A stretch of 64,000 nucleotides of DNA from Candidatus Latescibacterota bacterium (GCA_965215195.1 CBDCDC010000002.1:4224001-4288000), one strand, 5' to 3'; shown: positions 9,840 to 24,058, counted from the stretch's first letter. Numbers and translations: made by a program. The notes: generated by a model from the letters alone, not told the origin.

Positions 9840-10904
9840 ATGGCCAAAGCGAACGGACGCAGCCCAGCCGGCAACAAGGTTAGGGCGCTGGAACTGGCGA
9901 TGTCGCAGATTGAAAAGCAGTACGGCAAGGGGTCGATCATGCGCCTCGGCGATGAGGGTGGGGTGCAAGAAGTGGAGGCAATTTCTACTGGGTCGCTGGC
10001 TGTAGATGCCGCGCTGGGCATCGGCGGCTTGCCCAAGGGGCGAATCGTCGAAATATCCGGTCCAGAGGGGGCGGGCAAGACCATGCTCTCGCTGCACGCG
10101 ATCCGCGAGTCGCAGAAGCAGAACGGCACGGCGGCCTTTATCGACGCCGAACACGCCCTCGACGTCAGCTTTGCCCGGCGCATTGGCGTCGATGTAGAAA
10201 ACCTAATCATATCGCAGCCGGATTCGGGCGAGCAGGCCCTCGAAATCGTCGATACCTTGGTGCGCAGCGGTGCCTTCGATATCATCGTGGTCGATTCGGT
10301 GGCCGCGCTGGTGCCCCAGGCCGAGCTGGAGGGCGACATGGGCGATTCGCACGTGGGCTTGCACGCGCGGCTGATGTCCCAAGCCCTGCGCAAACTCGCT
10401 GGCTCGATCAACCGCTCGCACACCTGTCTGATTTTTCTCAACCAGTTGAGGATGAAAATTGGCGTGATGTTCGGCAACCCAGAGACCACCACCGGCGGCC
10501 GCGCCCTGCCCTTCTACTCCTCGGTGCGCATCGACATCCGCCGCATCGCCCGCGTCAAAGACGGAGACCTCGATATCGGCAATCGCACTCGGGTCAAGGT
10601 CGTCAAAAACAAGGTGGCCCCCCCCTTTCGCGAGGCCGAATTCGACCTGATTTTCCACGGCGACCAGATCGGCATTTCCCATGAGGGCGACCTGCTCGAT
10701 ATCGGCGTCGCCAAAGGGCTTGTCGACAAGAGCGGGGCGTGGTTCTCCTACAATGGCGCGCGATTGGGGCAGGGCCGAGACAATGCCCGGGTCTTTCTGC
10801 GCGAAAATCCAACAGTAGCCGCAGAGATAGAGCACAAGCTGCGCGTCGAGTTGGGCCTCAAGGTCGCGGCAGGCCAAGACGAAGCCAGCGAGGCAGGCGA
10901 ATAG
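9840..10904 (+). CDS. recA: Recombinase A
   Basis: '[14 protein letters not shown]', Walker A GPEGAGKT, 'DAEHALD', '[10 protein letters not shown]', '[15 protein letters not shown]', 'KNKVAPPF'. Confidence 0.98.
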   Translation: MAKANGRSPAGNKVRALELAMSQIEKQYGKGSIMRLGDEGGVQEVEAISTGSLAVDAALGIGGLPKGRIVEISGPEGAGKTMLSLHAIRESQKQNGTAAFIDAEHALDVSFARRIGVDVENLIISQPDSGEQALEIVDTLVRSGAFDIIVVDSVAALVPQAELEGDMGDSHVGLHARLMSQALRKLAGSINRSHTCLIFLNQLRMKIGVMFGNPETTTGGRALPFYSSVRIDIRRIARVKDGDLDIGNRTRVKVVKNKVAPPFREAEFDLIFHGDQIGISHEGDLLDIGVAKGLVDKSGAWFSYNGARLGQGRDNARVFLRENPTVAAEIEHKLRVELGLKVAAGQDEASEAGE

Positions 10905-11393
10905 GTGGAAGACCAACTGCAAAAGGCCAAGGATGCGGCCTATCGCTATCTCAGCTATAGGGCGCGGTCCACAGCGGAGGTGCGCGACAAGCTGCGGGAG
11001 AAGGAGTTTGCCGCCGAGGTCGTCGCCGAGGTCGTCGCCGACTTGCAGCGCCAGAAGCTCCTCGACGACCGCGAGTTCGCCCGGCGCTGGGTTGAGGCGC
11101 GATTGCCGCGGGCTTATGGCGCACGTAAACTAGTCCAAGATCTCAGGCACAAAGGCGTGGCCGCCGGCGTAGTGGACGAGGTCCTCGCCGAATACGCCTC
11201 AGCGCTCAATTCGGGCGAGCGGGCGGTCCAACTGCTGAGCAAGCAGGCTTGGCGCTACCGGGGGTTAGCACCCGACAAGGCCAAGCGTCGGATGCTGGGC
11301 TTTTTGGCCCGGCGCGGTTGCGATCAGGAAATGGCCAGAGCAGCGGTTGAACAGGTATGGCAGGAGTTAGCCAATGAAGTCGAGGGAAATTAG
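10905..11393 (+). CDS. recX: Regulatory protein RecX
   Basis: Directly after recA; 'YLSYRARS..EVRDKL', 'LLDDREFA', 'FLARRG'. Confidence 0.92.
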   Translation: MEDQLQKAKDAAYRYLSYRARSTAEVRDKLREKEFAAEVVAEVVADLQRQKLLDDREFARRWVEARLPRAYGARKLVQDLRHKGVAAGVVDEVLAEYASALNSGERAVQLLSKQAWRYRGLAPDKAKRRMLGFLARRGCDQEMARAAVEQVWQELANEVEGN

Positions 11394-13983
11394 GGAGACG
11401 TTCCTCCATTTTTTTGAGGGTAAGGGCCACGTGCGCGTACCGAGTGCGCCGGTCGTACCGCAGGACGACCCCACGCTCTATTTTACCAACGCCGGCATGA
11501 ATCAGTTCAAGGACGTCTTCTTGGGCTTGGGCCGGCGCGACTACACCCGAGCGGTCGATACGCAGAAGATCTTGCGGGTGTCGGGCAAGCACAACGACCT
11601 CGACGAAGTCGGCTACAGCCCTTGGCACCACACCTTCTTTGAGATGCTGGGCAACTGGTCCTTTGGCGATTACTTCAAAAAAGAGGCCATTGAGTGGGGC
11701 TGGGAGTTAATTACCGAGCACTTTGGCCTCGAAAAGGAGCGGCTCTGGGCCACCGTCTTTGCTGGCGGCGACCGCCTCGAAGCCGACGCCGAGGCCGAGG
11801 CGCTGTGGTACGAATGCACCGACCTGCGGCCGGGCCGCGTCGTGCGCCTGCCGGCCAAGGAAAACTTCTGGGAAATGGGCGCGACCGGCCCCTGCGGCCC
11901 CTGTTCCGAGATTCACTACTACTTAGGCGACGATCTGGCCGCGCAGGACAGCCGCATGCTCATCGACGATACCGGCGATCTGGTTGAAATATGGAACTTG
12001 GTCTTCATCCAGTACAACCGCGACGATACGGGTGCGCTACAGCCGCTGCCCGAGAAGCACGTGGATACCGGCATGGGCTTTGAGCGGATGTGCAGCCTGT
12101 TACAGGGGGCCGCGAGCAACTACGAGACCGATGTCTTTCAGCCGCTCATCGGCCGCATCGCCGAGCTAACGGGCAAAGAGTACGGCCGCGAGCACCGCAT
12201 CCCCATGCAGGTCGTCGCCGACCACGTCCGCGCCCTCAGCTTCGCCATGGCCGACGGCGCAATGCCCTCCAACGAGGGCCGTGGCTACGTCCTGCGCCGC
12301 ATCCTGCGCCGCGCCGCGCGCTACGCCCGCCAGCTCGATCAGCACGACCCCTTCATTCATCAGTTAGTTGGCACGGTGGGCGAAACCATGGGCCACGTCT
12401 TCCCGGAGGTCGCCGCTAGGAAGGACCACAGCGCCCGAGTCATCCACTCCGAGGAGGAGGGTTTTGGCAAGACCCTCGACCGCGGCTTGGACATCTTCGC
12501 GCGGTTCGCCGCCAAGGGGCAGATCACCGGCGGCGATGCCTTCCAGCTCTACGACACCTACGGCTTTCCACAGGACCTGACCGAGCTGATGGCCCGCGAG
12601 CAGGGGATCCCGCTGGTCGAGCAGGGGGAATTCGACCGCGCACTCGCCGCTCAGAGGCAGCGGGCGCGCCAAGCTACCCGCGCACAGTTTAGTGCCACCG
12701 AAGGCGTCGGCCATACCTTGGAGGGAGCGCATTCGCTCTTCGTAGGCTACGACGAATTGGAAATAGACGCTCAGGTGATACGTGCCGAAGGAGGCAAAGA
12801 TAGCCGGGTGTGGCTCGTGTTAGATCGAACTCCTTTCTACGCCGAGGCAGGGGGGCAAGTCGGCGATCGAGGACGGATTGAGGGCAACGGTTTTGTCGTC
12901 GAAGTCCAAGACGTGCAGAAAGCGCGCGGCGGCATCGTCCACAAAGGTTGCTTAGTGGAAGGTGATACCCAAGCGTTGACAGGTCCAGTAGTAGCCCGCG
13001 TTGATGGCCAAGCTCGCATTGACGCCGAGCGCAACCACACCGCAACTCATCTGTTGCACGAGTCGCTGCGGCGGACCCTCGGCGATCACGTAGGGCAGAT
13101 GGGTTCGCTGGTTGCGCCGGACCGCTTGCGCTTTGACTTTTCGCATTTTGCCGCGGTTGCGCCCGAGCCGTTGCGCGAAATTGAGGAGCGGGTCAACGAG
13201 CAGATTCGCGCCGATCTAGAAGTGAGCACCTTTCAAGAGGAATTGGAAAAGGCCAAGGCCATGGGGGCGCAGGCGCTCTTCGGCGAAAAATACGAGGACC
13301 GAGTGCGCGTGGTGCGGATCGGCGGCTTCAGCTTAGAGCTGTGCGGCGGGACCCACGTGCGCTCAACCGGCGAGATCGGTGCTTTCGATTTGGTCTCCGA
13401 AAGCGGCATTGCCGCTGGCGTCCGCCGCAGCGAGGCATTGACCGGCGCAGGGGCCGAGTGCGCCGCACGCCAGCGACGGCAGGTATTGGCGGGCTTGGGC
13501 ACTCGGCTCAACGCCGCGCCCGAAGAGTTAGCAGACAAAATCGAGGCGCTCTTGGGGCGCAATCGCCAGTTGGAGCGAACCCTCGACGAGTTGCGACGTA
13601 GGGTTGCGGCGCTAGAGACGAGCGATCTAGCGAGTGGAGCGCGCCAAGTGAAAGGGGTTGCGGTCGTGGCGCGCCGCACCCAAGCGGAGGACGTGCCCAG
13701 CCTGCGGGCCATGGCCGACGGACTGCGCGAGAGCCTCGGCTCGGGCGTCGCCGTCTTGGGGGCGGATATCGGCGGCAAGGTTTCCTTTGTCGCCGTTGTT
13801 ACCGACGACCTAATCAAGGGCCGCGGGCTGAAGGCCGGCGACATTGTGCGCGGCGTGGCCCAGCTAGCCGGCGGCTCGGGCGGCGGCAAGGCGCACTTGG
13901 CCCAGGCTGGCGGCCGCGACCGGGGCAAACTCGACGAAGCACTAGGGCAAGTGGCGCACATCGTCGAGCAGCAGCTAAAATAG
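11374..13983 (+). CDS. alaS: Alanine--tRNA ligase
   Basis: 'DPTLYFTNAGMNQFK', 'TFFEMLGNWSFGDYFK', 'DTGMGFER', 'NHTATHLL', 'ELCGGTH', C-terminal 'GGSGGGK..LAQAGG'. Confidence 0.98.
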   Translation: MKSREIRETFLHFFEGKGHVRVPSAPVVPQDDPTLYFTNAGMNQFKDVFLGLGRRDYTRAVDTQKILRVSGKHNDLDEVGYSPWHHTFFEMLGNWSFGDYFKKEAIEWGWELITEHFGLEKERLWATVFAGGDRLEADAEAEALWYECTDLRPGRVVRLPAKENFWEMGATGPCGPCSEIHYYLGDDLAAQDSRMLIDDTGDLVEIWNLVFIQYNRDDTGALQPLPEKHVDTGMGFERMCSLLQGAASNYETDVFQPLIGRIAELTGKEYGREHRIPMQVVADHVRALSFAMADGAMPSNEGRGYVLRRILRRAARYARQLDQHDPFIHQLVGTVGETMGHVFPEVAARKDHSARVIHSEEEGFGKTLDRGLDIFARFAAKGQITGGDAFQLYDTYGFPQDLTELMAREQGIPLVEQGEFDRALAAQRQRARQATRAQFSATEGVGHTLEGAHSLFVGYDELEIDAQVIRAEGGKDSRVWLVLDRTPFYAEAGGQVGDRGRIEGNGFVVEVQDVQKARGGIVHKGCLVEGDTQALTGPVVARVDGQARIDAERNHTATHLLHESLRRTLGDHVGQMGSLVAPDRLRFDFSHFAAVAPEPLREIEERVNEQIRADLEVSTFQEELEKAKAMGAQALFGEKYEDRVRVVRIGGFSLELCGGTHVRSTGEIGAFDLVSESGIAAGVRRSEALTGAGAECAARQRRQVLAGLGTRLNAAPEELADKIEALLGRNRQLERTLDELRRRVAALETSDLASGARQVKGVAVVARRTQAEDVPSLRAMADGLRESLGSGVAVLGADIGGKVSFVAVVTDDLIKGRGLKAGDIVRGVAQLAGGSGGGKAHLAQAGGRDRGKLDEALGQVAHIVEQQLK

Positions 13984-13995
13984 GCGAGCTGGTTC

Positions 13996-14751
13996 GTGAC
14001 TAGCAGTGTACTGCAACACCTATTAGACATCCGCCACCGCCGCGGTGCTGGCTACCTGCCCTTGCTAGATCCAGATCGGTTGACCCCAGACGAATTGGAG
14101 ACTCGCGCCCAGTGCTGCGTTGCGGCCGGGGCCGACGCCATCCTCATCGGCACGAGCCTGATGTTCTCGTCTCGCACCGCGGTCTGTTTCGAGCGCGTGC
14201 GGGCCAAGGTCGATGTGCCGGTGATCAGCTTCCCCGGGAGCTGGGGCCAAGTGGTGCCTACGGCCGATGCGATCCTCTTCCTGTCGCTGGTCAGCGGGCG
14301 CAATCCCGAGCTCTTGATCGGCGAGCACGTCAAGGCCGCCCCCTTGATCCGCGAGTACGGCATTGAGGTCATCCCCACCGGATATATGCTGGTCGAGTCC
14401 GGGACCCTGACCTCCGTGGAATTTATGAGCGATACCCGGCCCATTCCGCGCGATAAGATCGACATTGCCATGGCCCACGCCTTGGCGGCCGAGTACTTGG
14501 GCATGCGCCTCATTTACCTAGAGACCGGCAGCGGCGCGTGCGCTGCTGTGCCCGACGAAATGGTCAGCGCGGTAGCCGATTGCGTGTCGGTGCCGGTCGT
14601 GGTCGGCGGCGGCATCCGCGATCCAGGGGTGGCGCAGGCCAAGGTAGAGGCCGGCGCGGGTTTCGTGGTCACCGGCAGCGTCGTCGAAGACGATCAGCAG
14701 CGCTTGTGCGCCCTGAGCCGAGCAGTACACGCAAAAGAACGACAGGAGTAG
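13996..14751 (+). CDS. Geranylgeranylglyceryl/heptaprenylglyceryl phosphate synthase (group II-like)
   Basis: 'LLDPD', 'FPG', 'SLVSGRNPELLIG', 'GYMLVESG', 'AAEYLGM.LIYLETGSGA', 'VGGGIR'. Confidence 0.9.
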   Translation: MTSSVLQHLLDIRHRRGAGYLPLLDPDRLTPDELETRAQCCVAAGADAILIGTSLMFSSRTAVCFERVRAKVDVPVISFPGSWGQVVPTADAILFLSLVSGRNPELLIGEHVKAAPLIREYGIEVIPTGYMLVESGTLTSVEFMSDTRPIPRDKIDIAMAHALAAEYLGMRLIYLETGSGACAAVPDEMVSAVADCVSVPVVVGGGIRDPGVAQAKVEAGAGFVVTGSVVEDDQQRLCALSRAVHAKERQE

Positions 14752-14760
14752 CAATGGGCC

Positions 14761-15033
14761 ATGGTTGAAAAGACGGCCACGATCAACAATCCGCTGGGCA
14801 TTCACGCTCGTCCGGCCGCGCTCTTGGTGCAGATGGCGGCGCAGTTCAAGGCCGACATTTACCTCTCCAAAGGCGACGTCGATGGGGTCAACGGCAAGAG
14901 CATCATGGGCGTGATGATGCTGGCGGCCGAGCAAGGGGCCCAAGTCGCCGTCCGGGCCGAGGGCGAGGACGCGGCCGCGGCCGTTGCGGCCATGGTCTCA
15001 CTGCTGGAAAGCACATTTGAGGGGCAGTGTTGA
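14761..15033 (+). CDS. ptsH: Phosphocarrier protein HPr
   Basis: 'GIHARPA' His15, 'GKSIMGVMMLAA' Ser46. Confidence 0.95.
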   Translation: MVEKTATINNPLGIHARPAALLVQMAAQFKADIYLSKGDVDGVNGKSIMGVMMLAAEQGAQVAVRAEGEDAAAAVAAMVSLLESTFEGQC

Positions 15034-16796
15034 GCACGGCGAGCGCACATCGAGTTTTCGCTGGGATATGCGTCTCCCCCGGCATTGGCATTGGCCGGGC
15101 TTTCGCGTACCACAAGCGGGCCCCGGTCATCACCCGCCGGCGCGTAGCGCAGCACTTGGTTGGGGAGGAGGTCGAGCGCTTTCGCAACATACTCCACCAG
15201 GCCGGGGACGAGATTCGGCGCACTCGCCGCTGGGTCGCCAGCGAGCAAGGAGAGGAACTAGCGCAGATATTCGACGCCCAGCTAGCCATGCTAGAGGATC
15301 CGTCCATCAAAGAGCGCACCGAGGCCTTGATCCGCGAAAAGCACTATTCGGCCGAGCGGGCGTACGCCGAGGAGCTGGAGAAAGTCAAAGAGGCCTTCGG
15401 CAACATTGAGAACGAATACCTGCGGGCGCGGATAAGCGACGTAGCGGATATCGAAAATCAGGTGTTGATGCGGTTAGCCGGAGGCGAGGTCAAGGCGCTC
15501 GATTCGCTCCGCGCCAACACAATTGTCCTCGCCCACGACTTGCTGCCCTCCGAGATGGTGCGCCTAGAGCGCCGCCGGATCAAAGGCGTGGTGCTCGACA
15601 TCGGCGGCGCGGCTTCGCACGCGGCCATCATCGCCCGCTCGTTGCAGCTACCCACGGTCGTCGGCACTGGCGACTGTTCGCGGCAAGTGGCAGACGGCGA
15701 CTTGGTGGTCGTCGATGGCAACGAAGGCTGGGTCCACGTGCGGCCCGATGCCCCCGACGAGCGGCGCTATCGGGCGCGTCGCCGGCGTCAGCTCCGGCGC
15801 GAGCGCAACCTAGAGGCGCGGCGCAACTTGCCCGCCATTACCCGAGACGGGCGGGAAATCGCATTGATGGCCAACGTCGATGTGCCAACCGAAGTGCAGA
15901 CGGCACTCGACCACGGTGCCCGCGGCGTGGGCATGTACCGCACCGAATTCCTGTATCTCAACTACCGCTTGCCCTCCGAGGAGGAGCAGCTCAGGGTCTA
16001 TTCTACCCTTGTCAAATCGCTGGCCCCGCATCCCGTAGTGATCCGCAGCATGGACTTGGGCGGCGACAAGCTGTCCCATGTCTTGGAGGTGCCGCCCGAG
16101 GCCAATCCCTTCTTGGGGTGGCGCGGCATCCGCATTTGCCTCGATACCCCAGACCTGTTTAAGACGCAGTTGCGCGCCCTGCTGCGGGCCGGAGTACAGG
16201 GCGAGGTTCACATTTTGTTGCCGATGATCTCTAGCCTGAACGAGCTGCGGTGCGCCCAAGCGCTAGTGGAGGAAGCCAAAGACGAGCTGCGGGCGGCGGG
16301 GCGGCCCTTTGCCGATCATTGCAAGCTGGGCATCATGGTCGAAGTGCCGTCCGTGGCCTTGATGGCCGATCACTTTGCCGGCGAAGTAGATTTTTTTAGC
16401 CTCGGCACCAACGACCTGACCCAGTACGCGTTGGCCGTGGATCGCGGCATGAGCAAAGTGGCTTGGCTCTACGACCCGTTTCATCCGGCGGTCTTGCGCT
16501 TGATCGAGATGGTCGCCGACAGCGGCCAGCGCACGAACACGCCCGTGAGCATCTGCGGCGAGATGGCCGGCGACCCCTTGGCCACGACGCTCTTGCTCGG
16601 GCTCGGGCTGGATTGTCTGAGCCTAAGCCCGGGTCTCATCCCGGAAGTCAAGGAGGTCATTCGCGCCATCCGCGCTGAAAAGGCGCGGCAGATCGCCAGC
16701 GAATGCTTGGCTATGGACACGGGTGCTGAGGTGCGCCAGCACTTGGAGGATGCCGTTGGCGAGTACGTACCTTTCTGGCGTCAGAGGCATCGCTGA
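15027..16796 (+). CDS. ptsI: PEP--protein phosphotransferase (PTS enzyme I)
   Basis: 'SHAAIIAR', 'GMYRTEFL', '[12 protein letters not shown]', 'MVEVPS', 'GTNDLTQY', 'CGEMAG'. Confidence 0.95.
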   Translation: MLSTASAHRVFAGICVSPGIGIGRAFAYHKRAPVITRRRVAQHLVGEEVERFRNILHQAGDEIRRTRRWVASEQGEELAQIFDAQLAMLEDPSIKERTEALIREKHYSAERAYAEELEKVKEAFGNIENEYLRARISDVADIENQVLMRLAGGEVKALDSLRANTIVLAHDLLPSEMVRLERRRIKGVVLDIGGAASHAAIIARSLQLPTVVGTGDCSRQVADGDLVVVDGNEGWVHVRPDAPDERRYRARRRRQLRRERNLEARRNLPAITRDGREIALMANVDVPTEVQTALDHGARGVGMYRTEFLYLNYRLPSEEEQLRVYSTLVKSLAPHPVVIRSMDLGGDKLSHVLEVPPEANPFLGWRGIRICLDTPDLFKTQLRALLRAGVQGEVHILLPMISSLNELRCAQALVEEAKDELRAAGRPFADHCKLGIMVEVPSVALMADHFAGEVDFFSLGTNDLTQYALAVDRGMSKVAWLYDPFHPAVLRLIEMVADSGQRTNTPVSICGEMAGDPLATTLLLGLGLDCLSLSPGLIPEVKEVIRAIRAEKARQIASECLAMDTGAEVRQHLEDAVGEYVPFWRQRHR

Positions 16797-16815
16797 AGGA
16801 GCTCGAGAATACACC

Positions 16816-17982
<1,167 letters not shown>

Positions 17983-18002
17983 GGTCTTGAACAGGCTAGC
18001 AG

Positions 18003-19574
18003 ATGAATGCCGTACCATGCCGATGGCTGAGCGCACTCCTAGGGGCCGGGGTGCTGGCGAGCTGCAAGGTAAACGCCCCCCAAATTCCCAGCACTAATTT
18101 CCAGATCAGCATCCCGGTCGCCGACGACCGGACGACGGTGCAGGACTTGGCCGGCGAGCGCACCGATTTCCTCAAGATCGACGACGAGGGCCTGCTCGCG
18201 GTCGATTTTACAGCGGACTTCAACCACCGCGAAGAAGTCGGCGATCGCCTGCGCGTCGCGCCCGTTTCTGCGGCCTTTGCGGTGCCGATTGGATCGGCTG
18301 ACGCTGCCATTGCCAAGACCGAGGCCCTCGCCTTTGCCGACGACCGCATCCAAATCGCGCACGCGGTCATCGCCGAGGGCGGCCTGACCCTCAAGGCGAC
18401 CAACCAGACCGCGATTCCCTTGCAGATCGAGCTGATCTTGGACGACGTCACAAGGCCGGACGGTACGCCCCACGCCTTCCGCATGGACGCGCTCGCCCCC
18501 GGCCAGAGCGAGGCCGTGCCCTTTGACTTGGCCGGCAGCGAATTGGCCCCGCAGACCCCCCTCGAATTGCGGTTTTCATACCGAGTGCAAGGCGAGTTCG
18601 CAGCGGCTGACGCCACCGACGAACTCCTGCTAGAGGTCGAGACCGAGGATTTGCTCCTCGGCCGCGTCGAAGGGGTGCTCAATGAGGTCATCCTTCCGGT
18701 CGCCCCGGTCGCTCGCACAGTTGATTTTCCCGCCGGCTTAGACCAGATCGCCTTCAGCGCAGCCGCCCTAGAAGTCGGCCTGACGTCGGGCGTTGGTTTC
18801 CGCAGCCGCATCGACCTCCACATCGAGGGCTCCAACGGCCACGGCGAGCGGGATGCCCTGACCATTTCCGCCATGTTCCAGCGCGGCGACCCAGACCACC
18901 CGGTGTCCCTCGCCTTGTCGCTGGCCTCGGCCGAGCTGACCGAGTTTCTCAACCTGTTGCCGACCCAAGTCGCGGTCGCGCCGACCGTGCGCATCGGCGA
19001 CGGCGAGGCCGTGGAGGTGATCGACGCTAGCCATTGGGTGCAGATCGACCAAGTGCGCTTTGCCACACAGGGCCACTTTCAGCTAGAGGAAGACACCCGC
19101 ATTGAGTTCGACCCGATCTTCCGCCGCCTACAGGACGACGATGCCCGTCGCCGCATCCGCGCCGGGCTCGACAGTGCGGCCGTACTTACCGCGATTGAAA
19201 ATCACCTGCCCACCGCGATCCGCGTCAGCCTGTGGGTCGCGCCGAGGGCCGAAGATGTGTACGGCCGCGAAGACCTGTTCGCCGACAACGAGGCCAACGG
19301 CTATCTGCGGATTCCCAAGCAGGGTTCCTTTGCGGTGGGGGCCGGCGAGGTCGGCCCCGCAGGACAGGTTGTGGCGAGTGCATTCAGCCACCAACGGATC
19401 GCGCTCTCGGACGAAGATGTAGAGGTCTTTCTGCAGGAGAAGGGCGTCTATACGGGCATGTTGATCGAGCTGGACGAGACGCCGCGCGAGGTCGTGATGC
19501 GGGGGAGCGACTTTGTCGCAGTGGAGGCTGGGGCGGTGATTTTCATGGAGTTCAACGAGGGCGTGGTCGAGTAG
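18003..19574 (+). CDS. Hypothetical beta-rich lipoprotein
   Basis: Signal peptide with lipobox 'VLASC'; acidic beta-strand-like body; operonic with downstream barrel. Confidence 0.7.
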   Translation: MNAVPCRWLSALLGAGVLASCKVNAPQIPSTNFQISIPVADDRTTVQDLAGERTDFLKIDDEGLLAVDFTADFNHREEVGDRLRVAPVSAAFAVPIGSADAAIAKTEALAFADDRIQIAHAVIAEGGLTLKATNQTAIPLQIELILDDVTRPDGTPHAFRMDALAPGQSEAVPFDLAGSELAPQTPLELRFSYRVQGEFAAADATDELLLEVETEDLLLGRVEGVLNEVILPVAPVARTVDFPAGLDQIAFSAAALEVGLTSGVGFRSRIDLHIEGSNGHGERDALTISAMFQRGDPDHPVSLALSLASAELTEFLNLLPTQVAVAPTVRIGDGEAVEVIDASHWVQIDQVRFATQGHFQLEEDTRIEFDPIFRRLQDDDARRRIRAGLDSAAVLTAIENHLPTAIRVSLWVAPRAEDVYGREDLFADNEANGYLRIPKQGSFAVGAGEVGPAGQVVASAFSHQRIALSDEDVEVFLQEKGVYTGMLIELDETPREVVMRGSDFVAVEAGAVIFMEFNEGVVE

Positions 19575-21017
19575 GTGCAAGGCAAGGGATTGATCGTTGT
19601 AGCGGCCCTGCTCGGCGCCGGGGCCTACGGGCCGGTGGCCGCTGTCCCGGGCGACGCCAGCCCGCGGGCCGTGGCGCTGGGCCAAGCCTATACGGCCTTG
19701 GCTCGGGGGCCGGAAGCCGTCTTCTGGAATCCGGCGAATTTAGCGCTGGCGGGCAGCCGCAAGTTTTCTTGGGACCTGCTCGGCGCGGGCCTTTGCGTGG
19801 CTGCGGAAAACAACAGTTTTTCGGTCGCTACGTACAACGCCCACTTTACGGCCGCCAACCACAACGTATCGCCCAACGGCAGCCCGTACTACATCAGCCC
19901 GGTGACCAAAAAGAAACTGCTCGCCGACATCCCAGACGCCGGCCTGCGCCTGAACGGGCACATTGAGCCGACGCTCGCCGCCGGCCTCCCGCTCAACGGG
20001 GGCATAGCCTTTGCCATCGGGGAAACGCGCTCGGCCATTGCCGTGGGGTTTACCAGCGGGGTCGAGAGCGAAATCCCCAAGGACGTATTAGAGCTTTTCT
20101 TTTTTGGCAACGAATTTGCAGAGGCCCGCTTGGCGGGCGGCAAGGGCGAAGGGTACGACATCAGCGACTGGAATGGAGCGGGATGGGCCGTGGGCACACT
20201 CAATGTCGCCGTTGCAAAGCCCGCCCTGCCAGTGCGTTTTGCGCCTTATCTAAGCGAGTTCACAGTCGGCAGTACGCTCAAGCTCTCGATGGGCACGTAC
20301 GGAGAAATTATCGAATCCGGCGGCACCGGGCTCGTGGCCCGCGTCGGCGGTGCTGAGGCGGATGCTTGGCTGATTGCCCAGTACGCCAAAATGGGCGTCG
20401 GCGTTGGCATTGACGTTGGCATTGCTGGCCGAGCCAAAAATCGCAAGACGACCTTCAGCTTGAGTGTGCTCAACTTGCTCGACACCTTCTCTTGGAATGA
20501 GGGGGTGCGCCAAGATTCCATTTTCCTCGCGGCCAACGAGCTGCGTATTTCCCGCTTTTTGGACGCGGACTCGCGGTCCATCGAGGACGTGTTCGACAAC
20601 CCGGATTTCGATGGCGACGGCGATCCAGAATTCAACAAGCAGATCGGCCAGAAGCCCTTCTCGCGCTCGCTGCCGGCCGTGCTGCGGCTCGGGGTGGCCT
20701 ATCAGGCCAAGCCTCAGCTAACAGTGGTTGGCAATTGGGACCAGGCGTTTAGTTCTACGTTTGGGATGCGGACTCGGCCGCGGCTGGCCAGCGGGGTCGA
20801 GTACTGGCTGGCGGACTGGCTGCCGGCCCGCATCGGCCTGTCGCTGGGCGGGCGGAGCAACAGCTCGGCGGTCGGCTTTGCCTTTGGCCCGTTTGTGCTG
20901 TCGTCCATGCAGCTCCGCTTCTTGGAGACCAGCCTCGCCATGCGCGGCGGCCTCTTTCCGGGCAAGGCGAAGGGCACGGCCATTTCCGTGATGCTCTTTC
21001 GCTTGAGTCTGGTCTGA
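19575..21017 (+). CDS. Outer-membrane beta-barrel protein (FadL/PorV/DUF5723-like)
   Basis: Signal peptide, 'PRAVALGQAYTALARG.EAVFWNPANLA' N-terminal signature, 'LPAVLRLGVAY', 'GVEYW'. Confidence 0.7.
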   Translation: MQGKGLIVVAALLGAGAYGPVAAVPGDASPRAVALGQAYTALARGPEAVFWNPANLALAGSRKFSWDLLGAGLCVAAENNSFSVATYNAHFTAANHNVSPNGSPYYISPVTKKKLLADIPDAGLRLNGHIEPTLAAGLPLNGGIAFAIGETRSAIAVGFTSGVESEIPKDVLELFFFGNEFAEARLAGGKGEGYDISDWNGAGWAVGTLNVAVAKPALPVRFAPYLSEFTVGSTLKLSMGTYGEIIESGGTGLVARVGGAEADAWLIAQYAKMGVGVGIDVGIAGRAKNRKTTFSLSVLNLLDTFSWNEGVRQDSIFLAANELRISRFLDADSRSIEDVFDNPDFDGDGDPEFNKQIGQKPFSRSLPAVLRLGVAYQAKPQLTVVGNWDQAFSSTFGMRTRPRLASGVEYWLADWLPARIGLSLGGRSNSSAVGFAFGPFVLSSMQLRFLETSLAMRGGLFPGKAKGTAISVMLFRLSLV

Positions 21018-21170
21018 GCGGCCTTAGGTCTTTTTTGTCCATTCCAACGAGTGCTACAATGTCCCATTCGATGGGTTGGATGTGTCAAAAAGAGGCATAT
21101 CGGCGCTGGTACGGTATTTGCGTTTGCAATCATTCGGATAGGCAAAACCGACTTCTGAGAGGGAATCGAC

Positions 21171-23759
<2,589 letters not shown>

Positions 23760-23760
23760 C

Positions 23761-23783
23761 CGGGGGTCAATGGTCAGCCCCCG
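23761..23783 (+). terminator. Hairpin after clpB
   Basis: CGGGGG-11 nt-CCCCCG directly after stop; no clear U tract. Confidence 0.35.
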
Positions 23784-23922
23784 CCTCCATAGGGCGCGGT
23801 GCGGAGACGAGTTTAGTTAAGCGAACAATGCGTGGCGCGCCCTCTTTTGCCCCGTCATTGGCCGTTTGCATCCCTTCGACAGGCGCATACCCCTTGTACT
23901 GGCGCGTACTAAGGAACGCTTC

Positions 23923-24058
23923 CTTACTACACGACACCAGCCCTCAGCCGGCCAAGGATCGAGGGCATCTTGCCCTCGGCGAGGGCGGGACGCCCTCGAT
24001 CCCGCACCCAGCGGAAACAGCAGAAAAGGCGTACTCAAAGTAAGGGTCGTGTACTAAG
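23923..24058. mobile_element. MITE copy 1 (REP-hairpin containing)
   Basis: TIRs CTTACTACACGAC / GTCGTGTACTAAG; 9-bp TSD GAACGCTTC (23914-23922, 24059-24067); near-identical to 50463-50614. Confidence 0.88.

Noticed and set aside
21031-21057. Full CIRCE element before clpB
   Set aside because: Only the right half (GAGTGCTA) is present; the left TTAGCACTC at 9-nt spacing is absent.
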